DNA of 63,815 nucleotides, filler included, from It is 11 parts of 11 records of this genome, joined end to end, with 100 filler letters (N's around TTAATTAATTAA, not from the genome) between each part and the next. Parts side by side here need not be neighbours in the genome. Positions count along the whole stretch, not along the records: positions 33,182 to 37,367 come from SRR15195285_4414; positions 37,468 to 43,921 come from SRR15195285_4420; positions 44,022 to 52,741 come from SRR15195285_4421; 8 more parts are not named here. One strand, 5' to 3'. Shown piece by piece: positions 36,622 to 47,940 of this stretch (position 1 is its first letter; each line of letters starts with the position of its first letter). The notes under the pieces were generated by a model. It saw only the letters and a program-made list of their open reading frames with translations, ran no database searches and was not told where the DNA came from. The position numbers and the translations under genes were made by a program.

Positions 36622-37367
36622 ATGGAAGGCTCACGCCGGATGCATCCAGCAGACACGACAGAGCGCACTGTGACCACGATCTGCTGCATCAGCGACACAC
36701 ACGGTGACCACGCCGCGCTGCAGCTGCCAGAGGCTGATGTCCTGCTGCACGGCGGCGACTTCACGAACTTCGGGCGCGACGGTGATGTCCAGGCGTTCGA
36801 CTCGTGGGGAGCGGCGCAGCCACAGCAGCGCGAGTGCCGCATCCTGGTGCTGGGAAACCACGAGAACCGGTGGGTGCAAGACGACGAGCTGGCCGAGCTG
36901 CGAGCAATGCTGCCGAGCTGGACGCTGCTCCACGACGAGACGCACCAAGTCGCGGGCCTGACATTCTACGGCACGCGCTTCCTATCTGAGCATGAGAGCG
37001 AGTGCCAGACTGTGCGACTCCCTGCCGGGATTGACGTGCTGGTGACGCACAACCCTCCACACGGGAGCCTGGACGGGGGTGGCAGCGGGCACGTGGCGTT
37101 GCGCAAAGCTGCGGAGCAGTCGCGGCCGAAGCTGCACGTCTTTGGACATATTCACGGCGGTGCGGGGACCGAGCGGGTTGGATGGCGCGGCAATGGAGGG
37201 ACGCTGCTTGTGAATGCCGCCAATTGTCTTGTCAGAAAGATCTGTCACCCACCGATAGTCGTCGTTGTCTCGCCTGGGGCAGGCGGGCGGGCCGATGAGC
37301 TGCCCCAAGGCTTTGTGGGCGCAGGTGGCGAGCCAGTGGAGCCGGAGCCAGAGCCGGAGCCGCAGCC
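36622..37367 (+). CDS. Calcineurin-like metallophosphoesterase (MPPED/239FB-like); runs into the gap
   Basis: Five motifs: SDTH, GDFTN, GNHE, THNPP, GHIH. Confidence 0.9.
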
Positions 37368-37467
37368 NNNNNNNNNNNNNNNNNNNNNNNNNNNNNNNNN
37401 NNNNNNNNNNNTTAATTAATTAANNNNNNNNNNNNNNNNNNNNNNNNNNNNNNNNNNNNNNNNNNNN
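37368..37467. other. Synthetic contig linker
   Basis: Same 100-nt linker. Confidence 0.98.
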
Positions 37468-37975
37468 CTGACCCGCCCCCTTGCTAGCTGCGGCGACGGT
37501 GTCTCTGTCTGAGAGGGCACGGGCGATACCGATAGATCTAGGTGGTGGCCGCCGCCCTTCGGTGTGGGCGGAGCGTGGGGTTGTGGACTGCGGTGTTTTG
37601 ACTTGACGCCACGAGAGCTGAACAGTCCTCTCACGGATCAGCTGGCGGGCACTCGCGCCGCCACTGCTGGGTTGTGATGGGATGAATACTCGCGGTGTGA
37701 GGGGTGGAGCGCGGTGGTAGGTAGGAACGCTATCGATCAAGTTGGGCTGAGGGGTCGGTGAGTCAGGGTCTGAGGCCGTCGCTCCTGTGGCGACTTCTCC
37801 TGTTTCTCGGAAGTACCCGGCCCTTTCGCGCGCACTCTCTCTGCCGTACCGAAATGTGTGTACTGTGCTAAGGTGTGATGCGGTGTGATGCGATAGGTAA
37901 GCTGGGATCCCTCCCTGTGTGGGTGGCTGAGGAGCGGAGCACCTGTGGCAGCGCGTGCTGTCTCGAAGTACTGTG

Positions 37976-40745
37976 ATGGAGCCCGAGCCGGAGCCGGAGC
38001 CGGAAGCTGTCGCGGACGACGACGAGGAGTTTGACGATGGGGTGTACGAGGATGGCGGCAGCGAGGACGGCGAGGGTGATGAGGATAGCGAGGACGGGTG
38101 CTCCGATGAAGACGAAGTGGTCCAGGAGGAATTCGTCGTCAACGGGACTCCAATGACGAAGCAGCAGCAGCTGGCTCTCCGCGCGAAGAGCGGCTTCGTG
38201 CCTGCGTCAGAGGGCCTCGACCCCAGCAAGTGGAAGTCGCCGCATATGAGGCTCAGCAAGTTCGCTGGGCGACCTCCGACCTGCGTGTTTGGCCTTGGGT
38301 GCGCCCCTGCCTGTCGCGTGTCGCCAGCTTGCTTCGCCGCGTTAGTCTTGCTGGGCACCGCGCTCACAGAGCCTGATTCCGCGTGGCGCGATGACTTGGC
38401 GCAGCATCGACGATCCGCTGCCTCAGGGCGTCAAACCATGCCCGCCGGAGTTGGCACATGTAACATTTAAAATCACGCAGGTCAACCATGCGACCGTGGG
38501 CTCAGCCTTGAAGTCCAGCGGAATGAAGCGCCTGATTAAGGGCAACGAGTGGAACGCGCTGTGGGGGAAGCTGGCGCACGCCAGGTACAAGCAGCTGGAA
38601 TCTTATCAGAAGAACAACCACTTTCCCGGGTCCTTTCAGCTCGGACGCAAGGACAGCTGTGCACGAAACATCGCTCGCTTGCGCCGCCGGGTGGGCAGCG
38701 CGCGCTGTGTACCGTTCCCACGCTGTTATCATCTACCGAACGACTTGAACGAGCTCGTATCCGACATGGAGGCAGCGAAGCAGCCGATGTTCATCGTGAA
38801 ACCGAATGCATCCAGCCGCGGCCGTGGCATTAGGGTGATCTCGCACAAGCATGAGATCCCGAAGAAGGGAAAGTGTTTGGTGCAGCAATACATAGACAAG
38901 CCGTTCCTTGTGGACGGCTACAAGTCGGACATCCGCGTTTACGTTATGGCGACCAGCTTTGACCCGCTGCGGCTCTACATCCACGACGACGGACTGGTGC
39001 GGTTCGCGACGGAGAAATACAAGGGAGGAACTGCGCACCACAAGAAGAAATTTGCACACATCACGAACTACTCCATCAACAAGAAACGAGACAAGTTTGT
39101 GGAAAACGTGGACGAGAACTCGGCGTCCAGCGGATCAAAATGGTCGCTGAAGGCCTTCCGCCGATACCTTAGAGAAGTACGTGGCATCGACGACGGCAAG
39201 GTATGGGCCAGTATCAAAGACACTGTGGTACGGACATATCTTGCCTGTGAGAGCAAGGTTTACACCCAGGTCAAACTGCACGGGGCGGAAGGCAAGTGTT
39301 ACGAGGTGTGGGGGGTGGACGTGCTACTAGATGAGAATCTTACCGCGTGGCTGATAGAAGTCAACACGTCTCCCTCGCTGTCGTCGTCTAGCCCGATAGA
39401 CAAGAAAATCAAGGTTGAGATGCTTCAAGGAGTCTTCAATATCGTGGGCTTCAATCCAGTAGACCGCAAGGCATACAAAAAACAGAAGGAGAAACGGGAG
39501 GCAGATGCTCTATTGCGTAGTGGTACCAGCTCTGGCCAGTCGTTAGTCAAGCAGATGGCAGTGCGGGGGCGACTTGGCAAGGAGAAAATTCCGGCGGACG
39601 AGCTGGTTGAAAGTATGCAGGAAGAGGAGATCAATATGCTGCAAGAAGTCGAGGACGAGTTCGCGCGCGCAGCGGAGCTTGCGCCGCACATGCAACTGAT
39701 CTTTCCCGCGCCAAACGCTGCCTCGTATACACCGTTATTCGAGGCGCCGCGTTACTACAACCAGCTTCTGTTGGCGTGGTTGCATGCAAGCCGCGACAAG
39801 AAAAGTGGCGCGGCAAAACGCGGTGTGGGGATGTTGCTGCAGTATGCAGGAATGGCGGCAAGCGCAAAAGCTAATCCATCCGTGGAGCGCCCGCTGTCCG
39901 ATCGCATGCGGGGTGCAGCGCATACAATCGCGGCTTCGAACGGCTTTTCCAGCGCAGGTGGCAAAAAGTATTCAGCTGGCCGCCGCCCAGCATCATCCTC
40001 ATCGTCGGGTAGTAGTGGAGCGCCTAGAATAGTAGCACGGCGCACCCCTCCAGCGCACTCGGCAGGCCCGCGTGTATCCACGGCTCCAGCCAAAGGCGAC
40101 GACGGTGCCAGCAGCGGAGGAGGGGCGGGAAGGAAAAAGTCCAGCCTGACACGTCGTCCGGTGGTGGTTGAGAGGAGACCACTGAGCCAACAAAGCCGCG
40201 GCGATCGGGAGCGCTCACGACCAGGGAGTGGCCATGGGCGGTTGATCGCGGGTGCTATTTCAGACGCTGCGATGGAGGCGGAGATGGAGCGCAAATCGAC
40301 CATCGTTTTTGTGGGTGATGCCCCGCCGCCGCAAGTTGTCGCGGTCACGCGTGCCCCGCATCGTGAAACGGCGGTACAAGCGCAGCAGCAGCAGCAGTCC
40401 CCACTTCGTGGCAGTGGCAGTGGCAGTGCGATTCGTACCCCGCCACGTGGTGGAACGGGCGCGGCGGCAGGTGGCCAATTTCGTGGACGAATGCTGGATC
40501 GGCCGGTGCTTCAAATGAGCGCACATTCGCAAACTCTGCAGTCGGCTGGTCTGCTGTTAGATCCGCGCTCATCTCAGGGACCCGGCTCACCAGGAGGCTC
40601 TGCATCAGAGCGCACCAGTGCGAGTACAGCATCGGCGGCCACCGCAGCGCAGCAGAACACGCAGTACAGATTGAATGACGGATTGATCCTAGGGACCTCG
40701 CTGTGGCAGCCGCGAACTCACGCGGCTAAGCCATTGCGCGGCTAA
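37976..40745 (+). CDS. Tubulin polyglutamylase, TTLL4/5-like; 2 exons
   Basis: Intron 38299-38404. Motifs NHFPGSFQLGRKD, FIVKPNASSRGRGI, QQYIDKPFLVDGYKSDIRVYV, GLVRFAT, HITNYSIN and WLIEVNTSPS. Confidence 0.93.
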
Positions 40746-40825
40746 CACGCGCCACCGTGCGACGAAGTCGACCATTACTCAATAGAATGATTATGGTTGC
40801 ATTTCGGCCACGACGCACTGCTCGC

Positions 40826-43454
40826 TTACTTTCGCTGGACCCGGTGGCGCCGGGTTCCACGCAATCCATGCCGAGACGTATTCGCCCCCAGCTCTGTTGC
40901 TTTGTCGACCGCTAGAAGGTGGCAACCATTCTCCGAAACACTGACGACCAAAAAAGCGCTGTACGGCGGAAACAGCGTCTCTGACTCCCTGGCTCGCCAA
41001 GCCACGTCACTAATGTCTCTTGCTCCTACGAAACCGGCCGGTATGTCGATTGTCCAGAGGAAACCCCGTGATTCCTCGCGCCTACGGTACTTAATCGCCA
41101 CCTTCTCGTCCGATGTCGCGGATTGAAATTGGCGAAATCTGACCACGGTTCGCAATTCAAACGCCTCTCGCAGCTTCTGGCGGTTGAGCGGCACTGGACG
41201 TTGCGCATCACCCTATCCGCCGGCATTCACTTCCTTCAATGTTTTGACGATTTCAATATTTCGCACGGTTGGGCACGAGATGCTGTGGCGTGGGCTAACC
41301 CACAAAGCAACAAACTGCTGGTTCTGCGGGTGCTTTCAATAGGCCCTACTCACCTTCCAAACTCTCGTGTCTCGCTCAAATTGCCGAGGCGCCCCATCGA
41401 CGAAGCAGCACAGGTCGTAAATCATCGCTCCGATAAGTGGAATAGCGCATCGCAAAGCTGGTCCATCGATGTCGTGGTTGAGAGTGTTATTCAAGGCGCG
41501 GTAGTACCTGACCACACAGCATATGGAGCTTTCGTCGTCAACGCTTACGCTCGAGGTGGGGACGGTAGCCATAATTGCTGAAACCCCAACGGGAGGGAGC
41601 ATTGAAAGTTGGCCAAGTGGGTGCCGCGCACTTCGAATAATCCAGGCCCAGCGTCAAAGAAATCCTGGGTGCGATCGTTGTATCTGTCGAGTACAAATGC
41701 AGCGATGGGCTCTGCTCCGCCGTGCGACTGGCGAATATCTGCAGAAGTTCCTCGCACTTGCCTGGCTTGAGTGTCACCGGTTCGCCGTCAGAATCTACCA
41801 GGTTTTCAAGCCATAGTTTCAACGCCATCTGAGCTTCCTCAGCTGGAACGGCGGGCGGCAGCTGCTGGAGATCTGTAGGCGAGGTGTGGCACAGACGCCG
41901 GTAATTGGAAGCGAGATATTTTCGCGTGCTGCAGATGGACGAGTACTCCATATCGTTCACCGGCGCCAAGTACTCGGCCCATGTTCGGATTTCTGCGGTG
42001 GAAGACGAAAGCGTCTCACCTTCCTGATATCGTACCGTAACCCACGCTCCGAGCATTCCGCGCAGTAGGCCAAGTGTCCCATCACTCTCTAGCATCTCGA
42101 TTTCGGATACAACTCCCTGCTTGCCGAAGTTCTGACCGCGCTGAAAGCATGCTACTTGATCACCCTCATCAGGTGGTTCGTCAACCGAGAAAAATCCGCC
42201 TCGTCGCGCATCTATCGAGCTGAAAGCCCCACCAAACGCTTTGCTGCCTATGTAAGGTGTGCTCTCTGTTGCACCCCAGCCATGGTCGTCGAGCAGCGCT
42301 GCAATCGAGCTGAATACTTCCGATGCAGGTCGATCCCCCTGGACCCTGTGCCTAACACTCTCAAACCACGGAGCAATTTCTGCGAAGTGTAGATCATGCA
42401 TTTCCAGCCGCAGTCTAATCAAAGAATCTGTATCGTCAGAGCGCTGCTCGAGACGATCTGCTGCCTCTGGTGGTGGTGGGTGGAACTCTGTGTGGTAAAT
42501 GCTGCCAGTGTGTGGATCGATGCGCCGACCCCGCGCTCGCTCTACCAGGTTTTCACGCGGCACCTCTAGCTCAATGAGTAGGTCAGCCTGAATACGACCT
42601 TGCATGGCCTCCGCCTGATCAGAGGTAAGTGGAAAATTGTTGAGCACGCAGCCTCGATTCGTCACGTCTGGGCGACTCAGACGTTCCCTGACGATGGCCA
42701 GCACCACCTCCGTCGGGACCAACTCTCCCCGCTCCATAAACGGTGCTGCTTTGCGCCCCAGCTGAGTGTCACGCCGCACATGCTCGCGCAAAATTTCGCC
42801 TGGACTGATGTGCACGAGGCCGTACCTGCTCACAATATAGTCACACTGTGTTCCTTTGCCAGTGCATGGCGCACCGGCTACAAGAACGACGCGTTTCCGC
42901 TTTGTTGTTGGACTCAAAAACACGTCCTCGGCAGCCGACGCGTGTTCGACCGTGCTGTCACGGCGCAACGAATCTAGTTTCGACCGGCGCTCTGGACTAG
43001 AATCATCCAGTTCTGACGCAGCTACCACCAGGTTCGAAGCTGGCTCAGGCTCAGGTTGCGAACCCAACTGTGTCTGCACCGGGGCCTGTGGGCTCGCGCC
43101 TTCTATCTCCTCAGCGAAACCCACGCGCGGCCGCGCTGTAGATGACTCAGGTACCTGCCCAGCATCCTCGGCGAAACCCACGTGCGGCCGCGCTACGGAT
43201 GGCTCCGGACCATGTCCAGCGTACTCAACGAGGCCTACACGTGGCCGTGCTGGCGACATCGCCATCTGCTCGGTCTCCACCGGCGGGGGTTGTTGTGGGC
43301 TCGCAGCCTCTGCTGTCTCCTCCTCGAAGCCCACGCGCGGCAGTGCTGTAGACGACTCCACCATCTGCTGGGATTCCTCAGCAAAGCCTACTGCGCGCGG
43401 TCGTGCTGAACCCGTCTCCACTCGGCCCTGTGGTCTGCCTCCGCAGCAAACCAT
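40826..43454 (-). CDS. Adenylate kinase-like domain fused to an ADP-ribosyltransferase (ARTC-type) domain; 3 exons
   Basis: ADK: GAPCTGKGTQ, HISPGEILR, GELVP, GRRIDPHTGSIYH, QRSDD. Introns 41508-41631 and 41213-41353 join in frame to give LHLYS..YYRALNNTL, RVWKGD, FQSATS and RESETLFPPYSAFLV. Confidence 0.82.
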
Positions 43455-43710
43455 CGACGCACCTAAGCACAGCGCGCAGCCAGGGGCAGCTCAGGGTGTA
43501 GCGACGGAGGGCGCCCCGTCCTCGCTGCCTGATCGCTGCGCGTCACGCTGATTTTCCGCGCGCCGCCGCACGCGCATTCCTCAAAGTCGGCGGAACGATT
43601 CTCGAGATGGGCGCCATCGTGTTGGTTGAGCAGCGGGTGAGCGTTGCCAGCGAGGTTTGCAGATTAGTATGTAGATTAATATGGCGGCAGGTGGCGCGAG
43701 GGGCGGTGGG

Positions 43711-43840
43711 AGGTGCGTTCCTGCTACTAATTAGTAGCACCTCTGAATTGAGTCAGACTGAGTCAGTGACTGCAAAATCGCTCGTGGGACTCAGTAATGG
43801 CTGATAGTGACTGCTACTAATTAGTAGCAGGCACTCAGCT
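43711..43840. mobile_element. 130-bp MITE-like element with palindromic terminal repeats
   Basis: TGCTACTAATTAGTAGCA at 43722-43739 and 43812-43829, inside ~29-bp imperfect terminal inverted repeats. Confidence 0.6.
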
Positions 43841-43921
43841 ATGAGGTACAGAGACTGCCCAACCTGGGCACTATAAATGGGGTTCAGGGGATCAGGACTG
43901 ATCGACGCTGCATGCGCACGC

Positions 43922-44021
43922 NNNNNNNNNNNNNNNNNNNNNNNNNNNNNNNNNNNNNNNNNNNNTTAATTAATTAANNNNNNNNNNNNNNNNNNNNNNN
44001 NNNNNNNNNNNNNNNNNNNNN
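43922..44021. other. Synthetic contig linker
   Basis: Same 100-nt linker. Confidence 0.98.
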
Positions 44022-44212
44022 TTTAAAAAAAGATTTGCGCTGCTGTGTGACGCCGCGTCACGCGTGGGCACCGACGCGCACGTGGCCGTCCGTGACGGAC
44101 ATCAGCAGCGGCGGGGACGGCCCTCCTGCCGGTGCTGTTGTCTAACTGCTCGGCTGCTGTCGCTGCCGCCACTGTGGCAACCAGCAGCACTTCTCTGCTT
44201 CCTGCAGCGACG

Positions 44213-47200
44213 ATGCTTCGCAGCATCCATACCGCGCTATCGTCCGGCAGTCCGCAGCCCGCTGGCGCTGCCGAGTCGCGCACCTGGGACCAGCAGGTTG
44301 ACACCGTGGAGGGTTTCCGCGAGCTATTCACCAAGCACGACCACATGATTCCAATGCGCGACGGTGTGAGGCTGTATACCACTCTCTTCGTGCCAAAGCT
44401 GGTAAGCACCGCTGCCGCCGACTCAAGCGCGTTGCTGCCGCCTGGCCCCTACACTGACATGGCAGGCATGCTTCATTTGGGTGCGCCGCAGGGACCCGAC
44501 GGCGGTCCGCCACCGCCGATGCCAATGCTGATGAAGCGCACGCCGTACTCCGTGGCCCCCTACGGTATCGACTCGTACCCTGCGCCGTCTGGCTGGTTCA
44601 AGACATACGCGAAAGAGGGCTGGATCTTCGTCTACCAGGTACGCGGCAGCGCCAGTGCCCAGTGGCCAGAGACGCACGGCCGCGCGCGCTGGCAGACGGG
44701 CCTGCCCTTCGAGACGTGCAATCGTCTGTCTAGCCGATCTGTCCACGGGTTGCGTCGTTAGCTCGGGGTAACGGTGTTACTCTTGCAGGACGTGCGTGGT
44801 CGCTACGGATCCGAAGGCGAGTTCCGCCACATGACGCCACACATTGAAGTCAAGAACGGCGAGCATGATGTGGACGAGAGCAGCGACACTTACGACACGA
44901 TCGAGTGGCTAGTCAACAACGTGCCGAATAACAACGGCAATGTTGGGATCACCGGCAATAGCTACGGTGGCTTCTACAGCGTCGCGGGTATGATCTCGAA
45001 CCATCCGGCGCTCAAGTGCGCGGCTCCGACCGCCCCGATCAACGACATGTTTGTCGGCGACGATTTTCACCACAACGGAGCTTTCGTACGAATTGCGCGA
45101 CCCACGAACGCTCTACGCTACTCCCTTGCGAGCCCCACTTGATTCAACGGTTGCAGTTGATTATGATCTCAACGCTGGTGAGGCCTGACACCGTTCGTAT
45201 ACTGCGCAGTACCTGCCGCACGCCTTCAACTTCCTCGGCAGCTTTGGCTTTGGCAAGGAAAACCCCAACCCAACCCGCGCTGACGTCGCGCTCCCTTATG
45301 GGAAGCTCGACTACAAAACTCCCAACGGCTACGAGTTTTACCTCAACGCAGGTCAGCAACACCCACTTTTCCCTCGCCTTGATTGTCTTGTGAACGTTAC
45401 CAAGATACCGTGTGAAAGTTACCAAGACATACTCGGGACACAGGCCCAGTAAAGAATCTCGCTGCAATCATGGAGACCTCTGGACCGATGGCTGGCGGCA
45501 GCGAAGTCGAAGGCGGCGGCCACAACCTCTGGCCTGACCTGGTAGCACATCCGAATTACGATGAATTCTGGCAGAGCCGCGACATCAAGCGCCATCTGAA
45601 CGACGTCAACTGTGCTGTGCTCTCGGTTGGCGGGTGGTATGATGCAGAGGATCCGATGGGGTGAGATAGAAAACGCGTTTGCTCTCTCTGTTTTCTCCTC
45701 TTCAATTCAGTTGAAGCGCCTCTTTCATAGCACTTTGAAAATTATCAATTGCCAGGCTTAGACCAACAACAACGCGTGTTTCTTTCTTCTTCCTTCTCAG
45801 ACCATTTTCGACGTTTCATGAGGCGAAGGCGCGGAACCCGAGCAACAGAGAGATCACGCTCTGCTCTGGGCCTTGGGCACATGGTCAGTGGAACGGTGGC
45901 TCAGGCATGACGACAATGGGTAATATCCATTTCGGCCAGAAGACAGAGGAGTACTATAGAGAATTTATCGAGGCGCCGTTCTTCCGCCGCCACCTCGATA
46001 CTCCCTCCCCAGACGCGCCGACACCGCCGCCACTTCCGGCAGCGGTAGTATTTGAGGTAGGCACGAACGTATGGCGACGCTACGAGCAGTGGCCGCCAGG
46101 TGAGGCAATCAGAAAAAGCCTTTTCAATACCTGTTCCTCGTGAAGCAGCACAATCATTTGCCAAGACAGGCTCAGGACAACCATATTGAAACTTGAAACC
46201 AGAGCGTTTTTTCAGCTGAAGCGAGTCCAAAGACCCTATATCTCCACCCTGGGGGCTCCCTGACCATGGACGCTCCCGCCGAGGTAGATTTAGAAGCTTA
46301 CGACGAGTGGATCAGGTAAGAAAACATCTTCATTGCGCCATTGTGTCAGGGTAAACATAAGGACACCTCACAAAAGAGATCGTTTTCTCTGATCAGCGAC
46401 CCGGCCAAGCCTGTGCCGTATACGAGTGACATCGCCATCGGCATGACCCGGGCTCACATGACAGACGACCAACGGTTCTCATCGACACGGACGGACGTAA
46501 TGGTGTATGAGAGCGACGTGCTGCCGCATGATGTGACAATAGTTGGCTCGTTCACAGCCTCGCTAAAGGTCTCAACTAGTGGTGCGCTCGGCGGCCATAA
46601 CGATACCACATGCATCATTCGTCATGCCAGGCTACTGTACTCATTTCAAATGATGCCATACATCTGGCTGGCAGGGACCGACTCTGACTTTGTGGTGAAG
46701 CTGATTGATGTGTACGTACCTGCTCCGTCACCCGAATCCTTCAATTCGTCCTGAATTTGCATCCATTTGTGACATGTTCGTTGCTTGACGCAGGTACACC
46801 GGTGACTACCCGAACCCTGAGCCAAACCCAAAGGAGCTTCAGATGGGCGGCTACCAGCAGCTAGTGCGATGTGAGCCATTCCGAGGCAAGTACAGGAACA
46901 GCTTCGAGCACCCCGAGCCGTTCGTCCCGAACGAACCGTACGTGCACAAACAACTCCAACCACACACCACCAAAACGCACGCACACACACACACCACGCG
47001 CGCTAGTTGGCAGACGATGCGCTGACGTGAACCAACCTTACCCGGCTTGGGCTGGCGTGTGGCGGCTGTCTGCTGTCTGGAAACAAAATGTTGTACGACC
47101 AGGGCGATGATCGAGTTCGCGCTGCCGGACGTGTGCCATTGTTTCCGCATGGGCCACAAGATCATGGTGCATGTTCAGAGCACGTGGTTTCCAATCATCG

Positions 47201-47443
47201 ACCGCAATCCCCAGACATTCTGCAACAGTGAGTACCGAAGTCCACTAATGCCCCAAACAAGTTGTTTGCCCTGTCCTGCTCTACTCTGGTACTTGTCGGC
47301 CGCTATCGGCCGTCTCGAGTGCCTTACACTAATGATGCGTTGCTTTGTGTGGTCCAGTCTTCACGTGTGACGAGGATGCGTTTCAAACGGCGACGCAGCG
47401 TGTCTATGCTGGCTCCTGCCTCAAGGTCCTGGCGATGCCGTAG
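44213..47443 (+). CDS. CocE/NonD (peptidase S15 / glutaryl-7-ACA acylase-like) serine hydrolase; 11 exons
   Basis: Introns 44639-44788, 45086-45209, 45352-45443, 45661-45800, 46100-46215, 46316-46396, 46582-46674, 46712-46793, 46938-47102 and 47228-47357 give a continuous frame: IPMRDGVRL, RTPY, QDVRGR, GNSYGG, GGWYDAED, GPWAHG, SDPAKPVP, DSDFVVKLIDVY, QSTWFPIIDRNPQ. Confidence 0.92.
45352..46396 (+). mobile_element. Cluster of four related, introner-like spliceosomal introns
   Basis: Shared core CCAAGACA(GG/TA)CTC(A/G)GGACA, sub-terminal AGAAAAC.../...GTTTTCT inverted repeats, and a GATCAG direct repeat around intron 46316-46396. Confidence 0.65.
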
Positions 47444-47940
47444 CCGTCTACAGCGCTATGTCAATGCTAGCCAATCACGCTAGCGACGGCGGTGACACCG
47501 ACAGCTACCGCCGCACCATGACTCTAGTAGTGCTACTAGAGAACCTACTACATTTGTAGTGAGTGCTACGTTTAACACATTGGCCTAAGCGAACTTAAGT
47601 TTGGTACTATATGGAGTAGTTACCCTCCGTAGTGCTACAATATCACAATGAAAAGTTTCGTCTAACCCAACAAACCGCAAGAGCTAAAGCTTCATCGTGC
47701 GTTGCTGATCACCAGTGCATCACACCAATGAGACTGCATTCATGGTCGCTCTCTAGTAACTTTGAAGGCTCGGCGACCACGCCGCAAGATAGTGTGGCAT
47801 CTCTTGGCAGAGCCGATGCGCAAACAGGCGAGAACCGCTTGCTGCAAGCGCTGCGAGCATGTTGCCGAGACATCAGGCGCTCCGCCAGTGGGCACAGCGA
47901 CGATGCAACTTGTCATGTGTGTCCCAAAATCGTCTCAAAA

